A stretch of DNA of 64,000 nt from Eledone cirrhosa (taxonomy: Eukaryota). Location: positions 84,878,001 through 84,942,000 of the forward strand of contig OZ024744.1 of NCBI GenBank assembly GCA_964016885.1, in the 5' to 3' direction. How positions within the stretch are numbered: the stretch's first letter is position 1; each line of letters opens with the position of its first letter. The translations under genes and the position numbers were made by a program. The notes under the pieces were generated by a model. It saw only the letters and a program-made list of their open reading frames with translations, searched no databases and was not told the origin of the DNA. This document shows, piece by piece, positions 1-13,263 of the stretch.

Positions 1-82
<82 letters not shown>

Positions 83-114
83 TATCTGTGAGTGTGTGTG
101 TGTATGTATATATT

Positions 115-161
<47 letters not shown>

Positions 162-445
162 GTTGTGTGTGTGTGTGTGTGTGCGTGTGTATGTGTATGT
201 ATATATGTATGTATATATATATGTATATATATATATGTGTGTGTGTATGTATGTATATATTCAATAACCATCTATGGTAGTGGTATTTTGAATTCTTCTT
301 CGATGTTATTGTGTGTGTGTGTGTTCCTGTGCAAATATGTAGGTGTAGGGAAGAAAAAGAAAAAAAGATGTATTTCTTTGGCAACGATGATAAATACCAG
401 TTCTTGGACAACCTTATTGCCTATATATATATATACGCAGACAAC

Positions 446-514
<69 letters not shown>

Positions 515-604
515 TATGTATGTATGTATTTATGTATGTATGTATGTATGTATGTATGTATGTATGTATGTAGGCAAGCATAGTCAGTAATAAAGCAAAT
601 AGCA

Positions 605-641
<37 letters not shown>

Positions 642-691
642 CTCGCAAAACAAATTCATGTATGTATATATATATATATATATATATGTAA

Positions 692-738
<47 letters not shown>

Positions 739-739
<1 letters not shown>

Positions 740-1788
740 TCTTTTACTCTTTTACCTGTTTCAGCCATCCGGCTGAAGCCATGCTGGGGCACCGCCCTTG
801 TTGCTACACATTTTATCTCCAGCCTGTATAGGTTGGCCACTGGTGTAGGAGGGAGTTTGTTGCTGCTGCCCTTAGGTTTCCCTCGTGTCTTGCTGTGGGC
901 TCATCCGGGATCCTGGATAACAAGGTGTCGAGATGTTTCTTAAAGAAATCCACCTCCACGTCATGCAAGTCTCGCAGATGCCTCGGCAGCCTGTTGAAGA
1001 GTTGAGGGCCCTTGAATCCCAGGCTATTGCAATACCTGCTCCTTATTCTAGATGTGGAAGACGGAACCTTTGGCACCACACAGTGACGTCCTGTTCGACG
1101 GTTGGTCCAGCTCCCAATGCCAAAGTTTGGTGCTAGTCCCTCCAGGATTTTCCACATGTAGATCACTGCGTATCTCTCCCGTCTTCGCTCCAAGGAGTAG
1201 AGGTTCAGTTCCTTCAGCCTCTCCCAGTAGCTTGTCTCCCTCATCTTGGCAATCCTCTTGGTGTAGCTTCGCTGGATTGCCTCAAGCTCCGTGGTTAGTT
1301 TGACACTATGGGGTGACCACAGCTGGGAGCAGTAGTCCAGGCGGCCTAGGACAAAAGTCCTCCACAGTGTCAACATGGTGTCTCGATCTCTTGTAAGGAA
1401 AGTCCTCAAGATCCATCCAGCGAATCGTCTACATGCTGTCGCCACCTTCATGATGTGTGAAGAAAAAGATGCATCATCGCTCATGTCTATGCCCAGGTCT
1501 CGTATCGATTTTGACACGGGGATATCAGTCCCTCCTGGTCCTGTGTAGCTGTGTTCCGCTATATTTGTGTTTGTGTTTGCAGGTTTGTATTGTAGGGCTT
1601 GGAATTTGCCAGCATTAAACTGCATGTTGTTTTCTTCCGCCCATCTGTATATGGCATCCAGATCCTGCTGTAAGAGGGCAGCGTCAGCCGGGTTTTTGAT
1701 TGCCTGTGCTACCTTAGTGTCATCAGCATAGCTAGTGAGGGATGTTGTTGCATGCACCACAGAGGGCATGTCCGAGAGAGCCACCAAA
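739..1788 (-). mobile_element. 5'-truncated CR1/L2-group LINE (RT C-terminal half plus 3' tail) within (TA)n
   Basis: ORF 813..1787(-) has YADDTK, LDYCSQLWSP, LYSLERRRERY and PDEP. The short 3' UTR ends ggtgccccagcatggc...ggctgaaacaggtaaaagagtaaaagag. Confidence 0.9.
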
Positions 1789-1800
1789 ATATATATATAT

Positions 1801-2185
1801 TAATTCAAAATATTAACAAAAGTAGACATTCGTGTGATCAACTATATTTTATTATACATATTTCAAAGGTACTGAGCTATCTTCAACAGTGCGTCCTCAT
1901 CAGATAAAATAAGATGAAGCATGACATACCCTGACATATTAGATGGTTAAGATTCAGTCATGGTAGTCAATTTATTTTATTTTATCTGATGAGGACGTAT
2001 TGTTGAAGATAGCTCACTACCTCTGAAATATGTATAATAAAATATACTTGATCACACGAATGTCTATTTTTGTTAATATTTTGTATTAATATTAATAACT
2101 CCGGAATACCAATCTTGTCGAGTGCTTCAAATCTATTGTAAAACTAATTCCCTGATTTATTCATTGAACCTTGTTTAACCTTTAA
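1801..2185. mobile_element. Head-to-head PLE-end hairpin with a hammerhead in each arm
   Basis: 1801-1912 is an imperfect reverse complement of ~1976-2088. The right arm continues as a unique tail to ~2185. Flanked by TA. Confidence 0.8.
1978..2044 (+). ncRNA. Type I hammerhead ribozyme motif
   Basis: TATTTTAT-CTGATGA(1986)-weak stem II-GAAA(2025)-TATGTA-TA^ATAAAATA. Stem I is perfect; a mirror copy lies on the minus strand at ~1845-1911. Confidence 0.7.
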
Positions 2186-2198
2186 ATATATATATATT

Positions 2199-2278
<80 letters not shown>

Positions 2279-2297
2279 ATATATATATATATATATA

Positions 2298-2582
2298 TTT
2301 TTTATACTTGGGGAGGGTCATATTGTTGTAATAATATTGCCAGAATTAATAACAGAACGCACTCACTGTTTGGTTGGTTTTCGCTTCTGTATCTTTTATA
2401 TCAGTTAATTTATTCGGTCCTCAATGTTTGACTGACCGACGGTCAAAAATACAGATATAATATAGACACAAACACATATATAGTCTAACAAAGTTCTTTC
2501 GTTGCACATCTGCAACATCGTCAGTGGTGCTATTATGTTTCCTCCTGTTGTATTGTATGTCTACGCCATCTTTATTTAATCT

Positions 2583-2586
<4 letters not shown>
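2298..2586 (-). mobile_element. PLE 3' UTR fragment with hammerhead (2489-2526)
   Basis: Minus strand reads CA-CTGACGA-T-GTTGCA GATG TGCAAC-GAAA-GAAC-TT^TG. Its terminus atgaccctcccaa matches 7413-7425. Confidence 0.7.
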
Positions 2587-2613
<27 letters not shown>

Positions 2614-3112
2614 CTGCTATTTGCTTTATTACTGGCTATGCTTGCCTGCATACATACAAACATTCATACATATATAGACGGCCTAATTTTGACCATCCCG
2701 CCAGATTTCAAGAAGATCAGAATTGTGATCTAGTCATCAGGCTCATGGATCAGTTTGGAAGTACTTTTATAAATATAGAGTGTTAAACGCTTCTTTATGA
2801 AAACGTAATATAACGAAGGGAAATAACCCAAAGATTTAAATTTGTGTATGAGTTGAAGGCAAAAACAGAAATTTTACTTTATAACGCTTACACTATCTGT
2901 TGCTGGCACACGCGCACTTTAGCACAAAGAAATCTGTAACAAAATGTATGTCACTTGATCATGAGTTTTATTATAATGATATATATATCTCGCTTTACAC
3001 AAAAATGAATTGATCAAGTTTTGAATTGATATTTAAAAAAAAATTATTTACAAGAAACAAAATAAGAATAAGATTTAATAATGTAATTTTGATTTGATAT
3101 ATTACAAAAAAT

Positions 3113-3215
3113 AATTGTTTCTACTTTTGGCACAAGGCCAGCAATTATCCCAGTGCATTACTGGTACTTTATTTTATCGACCCCGTAAGGATGAAAGGCA
3201 AATTTAACCTCGGCA
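3113..3215 (-). mobile_element. tRNA-derived SINE, 3' half (Nin/Deu-core type)
   Basis: Reverse complement of gccgaggttaa...tttgcctttcatccttacggggtcgataaaataaaagtaccagt...ggccttgtgccaaaagtagaaac, a unit repeated more than 15 times in the window. Confidence 0.85.
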
Positions 3216-3374
3216 ATGTTTTCCAATCGTTCATGCATTACATTTTACATTGAGTAATATTGAAATGCAGAGTTTTTTCTCCATAAATTATATTACTCAT
3301 TTAAAATCACTCAACATTTACTTACAAAAAAAAAAAAATGTGTGAAACGTAGCAACGCGCGGGTAATTCGGCTA

Positions 3375-3576
<202 letters not shown>

Positions 3577-4282
3577 ACAATATGCACTCAGTTGCATAAA
3601 ACGTTCAGACAAATACATCGTTAAGATATCAGTCACCTTACTGGCAGTGCAGTTTCCCGTATTAAGGTGATATTGCACATGTAATCATGCATGTCGATAT
3701 TGACACACATGACAGAGAAGACGATGCAATAAGTACACGAAATAGCAAAATTAACAAGAAAAAAAATAAAGCAAAAAAAAAAAAAGGACGAAAAAAAACT
3801 TAACCACTATCTATAAATCTGAATTACCCCTGTTTGTTCGTCTACTCTCTGGTCTTGAATAATCGTCTTTCTGCCTCAGCTTATTAATTTTTTTATTATC
3901 TATCTCCAGCGAAATTTTAGTTTAGGTGGTAGCATTCCTGCGACAATTAATTTTTTTTATATATTTAAAAACATTATACATGAAAAAAAAAAGTACATTA
4001 CTAGAAATCCCATACGTTATAAAATAAATAAGATGGGTTGGGGTACAATATGTAAGCTAAACGACTAATTCTGGGGTTTTTTTTAAATCAATTGAGACAA
4101 CCTAGAAACATTATCGATTTTACAATCCCGCCCCGCTTATTCCACAACGCCCTCCTCCGCTTATTCCACTCTCAACCACACGAATATTCCACCCCTCCCC
4201 CCTCATTATTTGGTACCTAAGAGTATATAAATTATATACCAGTATCATATTTTAAGTTCAATGTAACAAATACTGGATTCTA

Positions 4283-5477
4283 CGCCGAGGTCAACTTTGC
4301 CTTTCATCCTTACGGGGTCGATAAATTGAAGTACCAGTAATGTACTGCGATAATTGCTGGCCTTGTGCCAAAAGTAGAAACAGTTATTATAACAGTAGGT
4401 GAGGGTGGTGGTTTGGCAGTATCGGTAGAGCGTTGAACAATATGGTTTGCAGCATAGAGTTACTGCCCTTTACGTTCTGTGTCCAAATCCCGCCGAGGTT
4501 AGGTTTGCCTTTCATCCTTACGAGGGTCGATGAAATAAAGTACCAGTAATGCACTGGAGGTCGATTTAAACTGCTGGCCTTGTGCCTAAGGTAGAAACCA
4601 TTGTTTATATTTCCTTATTTGTCCCAGCTCTTACATTCTGTGTTCAAACGCTGAGGTCAACTTTGTCTTTCATCTTTATAGGGTCAATAAAATATAGTAC
4701 CAGTAATGCACTGGGTCGATTTAATCGACTTTCCTATCACCCCTCCCCCCAAATTGCTGGCCTTGTGTCTAAAGTAGAAACAATTATTATAACTTATTTT
4801 ACACAAAGAAAAACCCACACTGTAGCGTCCTGTACCGTCTTTAATGTATCCTTAATGTGAGCCCTGTGTGGCTAATAAAGAAATTATTATTATAACAGTA
4901 GGTCGGTGGTTTGGCAATACCGGTAGATACGGCCCTTTACGTTCTGAGTTCGAATCCCGTCGAGGTTAACTTTGCCTTTCATCCTTACGGGGTCTTTAAA
5001 ATAAAGTACCAGTAATACACTGGGGTAATTGCTGGCCTTGTGCCAAAAGTAGAAACAATTTATTATAACAGTAGGTGTTGGTGGTGGTTTGGCAATATCA
5101 GTAGAGCGTCAGTCATCATGCTTTGCAGCATATAGTTATGTCCCTTTACGTTCTGAGTTCAAATCCCGCCAAGGTTAACTTAGCCTTTCATCCTTACGGG
5201 GGTCTTTAAAATAAAGTACCAGTAATACACTGGGGTTATTGCTGGCCTTGTGCCAAAAGTAGAAACAGTTATTAATGGATTGGCAGTATCGGTAGAGGGT
5301 CGGACGGCATGCTTTCCAGCATAGAGTTACATCCCTTTACAGTCTGAGTTCAAATCCCGCCAAGGTTAACTTTGCCTTTCATCCTTACGGGGGGTCGATA
5401 AAATAAAGAACCAGTAATACACTGGGGTAATTGCTGGCCTTGTGCCAAAACTAGAAACACTTATTATAACAGTAGGT
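4283..5477 (+). mobile_element. Head-to-tail array of about 6 SINE copies
   Basis: Repeated head (tggcagtatcggtagagc, gagttcaaatcc), core and tail ggccttgtgccaaaagtagaaac, mostly joined by ataacagtaggt. Confidence 0.9.
4820..4892 (+). mobile_element. Tx1-like LINE 3' terminal fragment
   Basis: gccctgtgtggctaataaagaaat(tat)n matches the LINE 3' end at 26314-26336. Confidence 0.6.
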
Positions 5478-5689
5478 ACGGTGTTTTAAAACAAATGTGT
5501 TCATTTCAGCAGCTTGTGTAATAGAATCTCTGCAGTTACTGGAGTTTGCCAAATCTGGTTCTCTGCAACACAGGTGTTCTTAAAACTAGCTCGCCCTCCA
5601 TTTTCTTTTTTCTTTTTCTTTTTTGTTTTTCTCTGTTTATATTACACTTTGATGCACTCACGCACGCCCGCACACACATACCGACTCTC

Positions 5690-5724
<35 letters not shown>

Positions 5725-5800
5725 ATCTCACACGCGGACGCACACATTTATAAATGCACATGCACACACACACATACACACACACAAACTCTCTCCCCCA

Positions 5801-5831
<31 letters not shown>

Positions 5832-6422
5832 TCTCTCTCACTCTCACTCAAATACAGGCACAGACACATACATTCAAATAAGCACACACACATACACACA
5901 CACGCACTGACAGTGACACAGACACATATCTAAACATGCACATTCACACACACACACACACACACCCACGCACACACACACATATGCACATACATTCATA
6001 CATGCACACTCACTCGCACACACATACACACACATTCATACACACACACACACATACACATACACTAATACAGATACACACATTCATATATGCACACACT
6101 CTCTCACACACTCACACGCATGAAAAAAGGTTGCTGAATAGACAAGCCGAAACCTCTGGGAGCCGCGGTCGAGATTTTACATATCTCTGTTCTCTCTCTC
6201 GTTATATATATATAAGTATGTACACGTACATATATATATATGTATACAGACGTACAGTAGTATGTATATATATATATACATACATACACACATATATATA
6301 TGTACGTATGGATTCACCGAACATTTATTATAATGCTCGATGTGTTTGTAAACAAACATCCCGTATTAAGCCGTAGTGTCCAGCAACCATCGTTGCTCGT
6401 TTGTTCAACACTGAAAAAGGAA

Positions 6423-6463
6423 CGCTGTACTAGTTTCAAGCTTATTAGCTATCGTCAGCAACG
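6423..6463 (-). ncRNA. Minimal type I hammerhead ribozyme
   Basis: CGTTG-CTGACGA-T-AGCT AATA AGCT-T-GAAA-CTAG-TA^CAGCG. Stems I and II pair and loop III is palindromic. Confidence 0.8.
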
Positions 6464-6510
6464 TATACCTTCGTATACCTTCGTATACCTTCGTATACCT
6501 TCGTATACCA

Positions 6511-7437
6511 ACGTATACCTTCCTGCCCCTAGAGGTGAATTAGCTTACAAATTTAGAAGGGCCCTAGATAAACATAAACTCAATATTAAGATAGTAGAAA
6601 GACCAGGTACCTCCATAAAAACACTTATTAGCAATAATATCCATTTCAAAGACCTCCCTGTATAGATAAGAAATGTATAATCTGTAAACTAAGCCCCCAT
6701 ATTAACTGTAAAACTAGAAATGTAGTATATAGCATAAGATGTACTGAAGGACAATGTAGAGATAAGAATATAGTGTACATAGGTGAGACAGCTCGTAGTA
6801 TAGGAGAACGGATAAATGAACACTGGCGAGACCTTCAAGATAGAAAAGAATCATCTGTATTCCACCAACATGCTAAAATAGAACATAAGGGTAAATTAGA
6901 GAACATAGAAATAAAAATAGAATCTACACACAGAAAAGACGCAATGTTTAGACAAATCACAGAGGCAATAAACATAAATGAACTCCAACCAAAATTAAAT
7001 AGAAAACATGAATGGAATAACAACATCACAAATTACAATTAAGGACAAATGAAAACACACACACACATAGAACAAACAACCAACCAGTAACATGTAAATA
7101 AACAAATAAATAAACAAATATAAACACACACAGACACCTGGATGTAACACATGCCCAAACTAAGCACACAACACACACAAAAACAAGATGGCGTAGGACA
7201 GAACAAAGGAGAGGCACAAAAACAAAGAAAAGAATCCTCAGTCACTGAAGAGGTCACAGAATGTGTGACAAAAGAACTTTGATAATATATGAACAACCGT
7301 CCGGTTGTCGAACCAACCAACCAACCGGAAATTTATAAATTCTTAAATTTCTAAATTTAATTTATAATAAATTCGAATGAAAGCACTGGTGCGTGTGTTT
7401 CTTATTGGCAACATGACCCTCCCAAAGCATAACAATA
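6511..7437 (+). mobile_element. 5'-truncated Penelope-like element (Nematis-like GIY-YIG end plus 3' UTR)
   Basis: Frameshifted coding CIICK..NCKTRNVVYSIRC..YIGETARSIGERINEH..RQITEAI..PKLNRKHEW. Degenerate hammerhead at 7241-7283. Confidence 0.85.
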
Positions 7438-7455
7438 TATATATATATATATATA

Positions 7456-7640
7456 AGTTTATCCCGGGTTCAATCGGGGGTAACCTCAGTAAGTAAAGTA
7501 CTTAATACATAGCAGAGTATATATATATTTAATGTAGAATTGGCTTCTACAGGACTAGAACTATTTCATTCGGAGGAAGATGATTTCCGCCGAATGAAAC
7601 AGTTCTAGTCCTGTAGAAGCCATTTCTATATTAAATATTT
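7456..7640. mobile_element. PLE-end hairpin with half hammerhead
   Basis: ~7524-7580 is inverted against ~7586-7640. The arms read ccgaat-GAAA-YAGTTCTA-GTC^CTGTAG and the tail is on the left. Confidence 0.65.
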
Positions 7641-8045
7641 ATATACATACATACATATATATATATATGTGCGTGTATATATATATATATATATACAATC
7701 ACACGCCCACACAAACACAACCACAAACGCATGGCTTTTTCTCTGGGTGTACTGTCTCTGTTGATGATCTATTTGAATATGCATGTATGCTATTGTCGAT
7801 GGTTTCCTCTCTCTCTCTCTCTCTCTCTCACTCCCCCCCCCCCTCTCTCTCAATCACTCACTCTGACGACCTACTTAACTGCCTGCCTACTTACCTTTCT
7901 ATTATTCTATCTGTCTGTCTGTCTATCTATCTATATTCGAGGGTGGTCGACGTAGATACGAGTCGCTAAAATACTGGCCGCACTCTTGTCTCTGATTTAA
8001 ACACCAAAGATTTTTATCTGATATATTCCTTCGTTATATTTTGAA

Positions 8046-8103
8046 TTACCTGATGATGTCACCGGATTCACACTGAACCCGGTCATTGAAATGATCATAG
8101 TAA
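8046..8103 (+). ncRNA. Type I hammerhead ribozyme motif
   Basis: TTAC-CTGATGA(8050)-stem II ACCGG.TTCA/TGAA.CCGGT-GAAA(8088)-TGATCA-TA^GTAA. Confidence 0.75.
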
Positions 8104-8183
8104 AATAAAACTTTCAAAGATTTACACCAGAACATGCCTCCTGTTATTTTGTAATAATAATAATATATATATATATATATATA

Positions 8184-9270
8184 TCTACTATATAAATTGG
8201 AAGTGGTCGGACGTTGTATATTTAAGTAAGTAGGTGTAGACGGATAAACGTCGACATGGCTTGGTGGAATGCAGCGAAAATTTACAGTTATGCAGAATGA
8301 CCCGAGGAGGCGTTGGGTCGACTTTTAGGGAACAAGCTTCCATGGTTACGGAGAAAATCGATGAAACAGGAATTTCTCATTCAAATTGAACTGAGAGTAA
8401 TCTGTGAACGCAGAAGTAAATATTTCGAGAAACGTTCCAACCGAAGGAAAACAGGAAGACGATATTTTTGTTCGTGAAGACGTTCCCTGGCAATGGACAG
8501 GAAAAAAAGCGAGGATAATACGTCGTTATGTGGAGCGTGAAGAACAATTTCATGCAAAGACAAGACCAAGTTTATGGTATAAATGGAGTCGTTAGACTAA
8601 TGTTCTATTTAACATAACAGAATGATTTCCAGCCCCGGAGTTTAAGAATGATGTAAATAAAATTGAAAACGAAATTGACAGAGGTTATTAAAATAGTAAA
8701 AGTAAATAGTGAAGATTTAGGCCAGTACATACGTATGCCCCGACGGACATACACATACATACGCACACACAAATACATACCCCCTTACACACACATGCAC
8801 ACACAAACACACACACACACACGAGTGCGCGCGTGTATAAACCTTATGCATTTCTACAGTATTTTCCCCCAAACTTATGACAAAGGTTACTTATGTACTC
8901 CGGATGATCATGGGCATTTTCATTTATATAGATATTGATTATAGGACCTCCCGGCAGATAACCCCATTTAACCTCTTCCTTGGAGTCGACTGAAGAACTG
9001 CAGTCCAATGCAACAAAACGTCATAACTTCTGGAGTTTACAACCGATTTTCACAAAACTTGACACATGGGCTACGTTTGTCCTACAGGTGAATGTCAACT
9101 CTCAGAATTGGCACATATTGAGTAGGGCACCCCTGGGGGCAGGAACCCTCTTTTGGAAAAAGCTGATTATTTTGTAAAAGTATAGTTTTCGAAGTAGCAC
9201 TGAAGTATTGACATAAATGGTATACACAACTGCTATTTAATACCCGAGCAACGCCGGGTACATCTGCTAG
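8184..9270 (+). mobile_element. Non-autonomous Helitron
   Basis: Begins TC, ends CTAG and sits between A and T of a TA tract. Subterminal hairpin TACCCG-agcaacgc-CGGGTA at 9241-9260. Confidence 0.85.
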
Positions 9271-9301
<31 letters not shown>

Positions 9302-9489
9302 CTAAAAAAAATTAAAAAAAATAAAGAAAGAAAGATATATCTATCTATCTATATATCAGTCTGTTAGTCTATCTATCCCTTTCTCTCGCTCTCTCATTAT
9401 CACTCTCTCTCTCACTATCACTCTTTCTCTCTCTCCCTCACTATCACTCTCTCTCTCTTTCTCTCTCTCACTATCACTCTCGCTCTCTC

Positions 9490-9615
9490 CGTAAATCCGG
9501 AAAGACGGTGGCCCGCTTTAGGAGGTTGCCGTGTGAGGTGGGGGAGGCTCTTGCAGCGGGTGTCTCTAGCCATTTTCCGCAATAACCCTTTTGTCGTCTT
9601 GTCCGCGGGGTTCGA
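9490..9615 (+). pseudogene. CRE-like restriction-endonuclease-domain C-terminal relic
   Basis: LLQRVSLAIFRNNPFVVLSAG resembles the FQRLSIAIQRGNA motif and the relic at 19500-19670. Confidence 0.5.
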
Positions 9616-9781
9616 CTCAGGTGTAATTTCTGCCTCTCTCCCTCTCTCTTTTATTTCTCCCTTTCATTTCCTTTTTTCTTCTTCCTTCTCTGTTCGCTTT
9701 AGTAATGTGTTTGTGTTTCTATAAGATACTGCTCAATTATTTTTATATAATGTGAATGACCTTTCATATTATGAGATTTTG

Positions 9782-9914
<133 letters not shown>

Positions 9915-10159
9915 GGAAGTTGGAAATAGCACGGAAAATATATTTAAGGGTCTGTTTTTCTTTTTTGATTCGTCAAAGTAACATTATTGAAAAGATAACA
10001 TTATTGAAAAAATGAGAGGGACAATTCTTTTTATAAAGTATATAAAGTATTACCAGTTTCGATATTATTAAAATTCATCTTATCAAACGTTGAGTATATA
10101 TATAATTATATTTATCACACGCCACTCATTATCCGTCTGTATATATATATATATAAATT

Positions 10160-10470
10160 TCGTAAAGACCTGAAAATCCACCTCTTCATTGCTGTAGTGG
10201 AGTCTGTGCTGCTGTACGGGTCTGAGACTTGGACACTGACCGAGAAACTCACTCAGATGGTGGATGGGTGCTACACGAAAATGCTGAGGATGGCTCTGAA
10301 CATTAATCAGTATACACGGAAGATGAAAAACTCAGAGCTTTATGGGAGCCTCCAAAAAGTCAGCTCAAAAGTGACACAGAGGAGACTGAGGTTAGCTGGA
10401 CATGCTCACCGTCATCCAGAGTTGACACTGCACTCAGTGCTCCTGTGGGAGCCCCTACATGGACACACTA
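10160..10470 (+). mobile_element. RTEX/RTE-like LINE internal fragment, same family as 13262-15614
   Basis: VESVLLYGSETWTLT...RRLRLAGHAHRH, near-identical to 13262-13698(-). Confidence 0.85.
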
Positions 10471-10627
10471 TATATTCATATCTAATATATCAACCACCGA
10501 GATGGAACATTACGCGGTCACTCGAGCTGGCAAAAATAGCAGCCAAATCTCCAGCATTTCAAACTCTGTCACATTCAAAGGGGAATGACACCCTGAATAA
10601 CTTGTTCTTTTTAATCCGTTCCTAGAA

Positions 10628-10790
10628 ATAACTGTTTCTACTTGTTGGCACAAGGCCAGTAATTATCCCAGTGCATTACTGGTACTTTATTTTATCGACC
10701 CCGTAAGGATGAAAGGCAAAGTTAACCTAGGCGGGATTTGAACTCAGACCATAAAGGGGCATAACTCTACCGATACTGCCAATCCACACA
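10628..10790 (-). mobile_element. SINE (Nin/Deu-core type)
   Basis: Same core and tail as the 4283-5477 units. Confidence 0.85.
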
Positions 10791-11611
10791 CGGAATAGTA
10801 ACCACTGGAATGCCTTTTTAATTAATAAGAGGGTATATGGGTATAAATAAAAAAACAAAACAAAAAAATCAGACCTTTTTTGATATTGTAACACCAAATT
10901 TCAAACAAAACGTACATGAAAAAAGTTCATACATGGGCCCTTAATTTTTTATAGAATCGTAGTGATTTTTAAACCTCACTAGCCCATTCCTCTCCACACC
11001 TGAACACAGTCGATATCTTCCAGAAAAGGCAATAAAGAGATATAGGTGAAGAATTGGATCCAGTATTAGATTGGCATTATATCTATTGATATAAGGATGA
11101 AAGGCAAAGTTGACCGCGGAACGATTCGGATTATAATTTAATCCGCAGAAAGCCGGGATAAATCCAGAGAAACCTTTTTATCCGAGGTTCTAATGACCCT
11201 GCCAATTCAGCGCCTTACCGGAAAAATAGGGGGGGGGGTAGAAGTTTTAAAATTCATGTATACAACCATAATGTAAGCGTAAATAGTGGAAGTCAGCCTA
11301 TGTTTAATGACGTATGCATTTAAGCCTGGTTACACAGAGAATAAAGTGAGATCACGTGGAAAAGTTATATGTAAGTTCACGTGAACAGACGAGGATTAGT
11401 CCAAGTGATATTAATAACTAACAAAATCTTTACATGGTCCTTTGTTTAGTTATTCTTGTGGAATTGCTTTCATTTTCTTTTTAAAGATGTTGCTGAGAAC
11501 GTGGAAGAACAACTGAATCTCGTCTTACTTCTTCTTTCAATGCTCAGAAATCGCTAGTAGATATATCAGTGAGATTAATGCTTGTTTTATTTGTTTCAGT
11601 AAGATACTTAT

Positions 11612-11780
11612 GTGGCGGCGAATTGGCAGTCATTAGAATCTATGATAAAATGCTTTGCAGTATTATTCATTCCGGCTCTCTACTCTCTGAGTTCAAATTC
11701 CGCCGGGGTCAACTTTGCCTTTCATCTTTTCAAGGACGATACAAATGTATCAGTCTTGTACTGGGGGGTCGACTTTTCCT
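11612..11780 (+). mobile_element. Diverged SINE (Nin/Deu-core type)
   Basis: ggcggcgaattggcag...gagttcaaattccgccggggtcaactttgcctttcatc. Confidence 0.75.
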
Positions 11781-12014
11781 CTATATCTCTTTATCATTTA
11801 TCATTTCCTTTCTCTTCACCCTTTCTCCTTCTCTGGAAGAAAACTGCTCTTTGTTGTGTAGTTAGAACAATAATTCAATTATGATAACATTAGAACGTCG
11901 TGATACATCATGTGTTACTTAAGTTAATACTAATAAATTACAATTATTGCCGGTTGACTCAGTTAACAATTCTGAGCGACATATTTTGGTAACCTTTTTT
12001 TGTGTTTTGTTTCA

Positions 12015-12090
12015 TAAAGTTTGAAAACAATCGGTTGGGTGGTTCTCGAGTTTTAGGAAGAACCACCTAACCGATTGTTTTCAAACTTTA
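12015..12090. repeat. 32-bp inverted repeat with a 12-bp spacer
   Basis: taaagtttgaaaacaatcggttgggtggttct / agaaccacctaaccgattgttttcaaacttta. Confidence 0.9.
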
Positions 12091-12506
12091 CACATGTAAT
12101 ACTTATGGTCATGTGAGTGTTTTGAGCAAAGAATATTTCAAATTTTCAATGCCCTAGGGACCGCATTAGGCGATTTATCGATCTCTCTCTATAATACTTA
12201 GTTTTTCTTTTTAGATAGATACATAGATATAACGTTGCGCCCTTATAATATCTGTCTGTATGTCTGGCTGTCTGCATTACGACATTATGACGCTATGTGT
12301 GTGTGTGTATATATATGTATATATAGTGTGTGTATATGTATATATATATATATACACACACTATATATACATATATATACACACATATATATATAAAGTG
12401 TGTAACGTTTTTCGAAATATTTACTCCTGCGTTCACAGATTGATTTTTTAGTTTCAGAAGATCCCGTTAAGGGTGAAAGCAGCGATTCTTTGCTTAAACT
12501 TTAATC

Positions 12507-12567
<61 letters not shown>

Positions 12568-12660
12568 AATATAATTTATATAATATATGCAGAGGTTATA
12601 TTTAATTTTATTTTTTTATAACAGATATAAAGCACGCAACAAATTAGTGAAGTAAAGATA

Positions 12661-13023
12661 CAATATATTAATAAATGGAAACTATATTTATAAAACCGTA
12701 TTTATTTTATTATACATATTTCTCTCTCCCTTACATATCATCTTAATTTAAATAAACCGTTATCTTTTCAACCTTTCGGACACTCATTTGGATACTCACT
12801 CATAATTTTGTATCACCCTCAATAAATGTACTATCTCCACTATCTAGGAAGCTCCAACCGTCAAGGTTGTCTTTTTTTTCCGGGTATGTCAATATTTATT
12901 TATAAAACAAATCTGTATTTTATCTGATGAAAGCGCACCATAATTTGCCTTGATTGCCCTTGAAATATGTATAATAAAATAAATATGGTTTTATAAATAT
13001 AGTTTCCATTTATTAATATATTG
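12661..13023 (+). mobile_element. PLE-end inverted-repeat insertion with hammerhead (12916-12981)
   Basis: 12661-12720 is inverted against 12963-13023. TATTTTAT-CTGATGA-AAGcGCA..TGCcCTT-GAAA-TATGTA-TA^ATAAAATA. The end sequence is shared with 62577-62960. Confidence 0.8.
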
Positions 13024-13047
13024 TAATTTATATAATATATATATTTC

Positions 13048-13131
<84 letters not shown>

Positions 13132-13164
13132 TATATATATAATATATATATATATATAATATAT

Positions 13165-13261
<97 letters not shown>

Positions 13262-13263
<2 letters not shown>

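Noticed and set aside
24-840. Many ORFs with [12 protein letters not shown] or LSLS runs here and throughout the window
   Set aside because: They are translations of dinucleotide microsatellites, not genes.
4405-4500. tRNA genes
   Set aside because: The A/B-box-like heads belong to SINEs and do not fold into cloverleaves.
12450-12490. cagaaga-tccc gttaa gggt-gaaa
   Set aside because: Probably a dead hammerhead, but the core is mutated and stems I and III are unsupported, so it is not listed as a feature.
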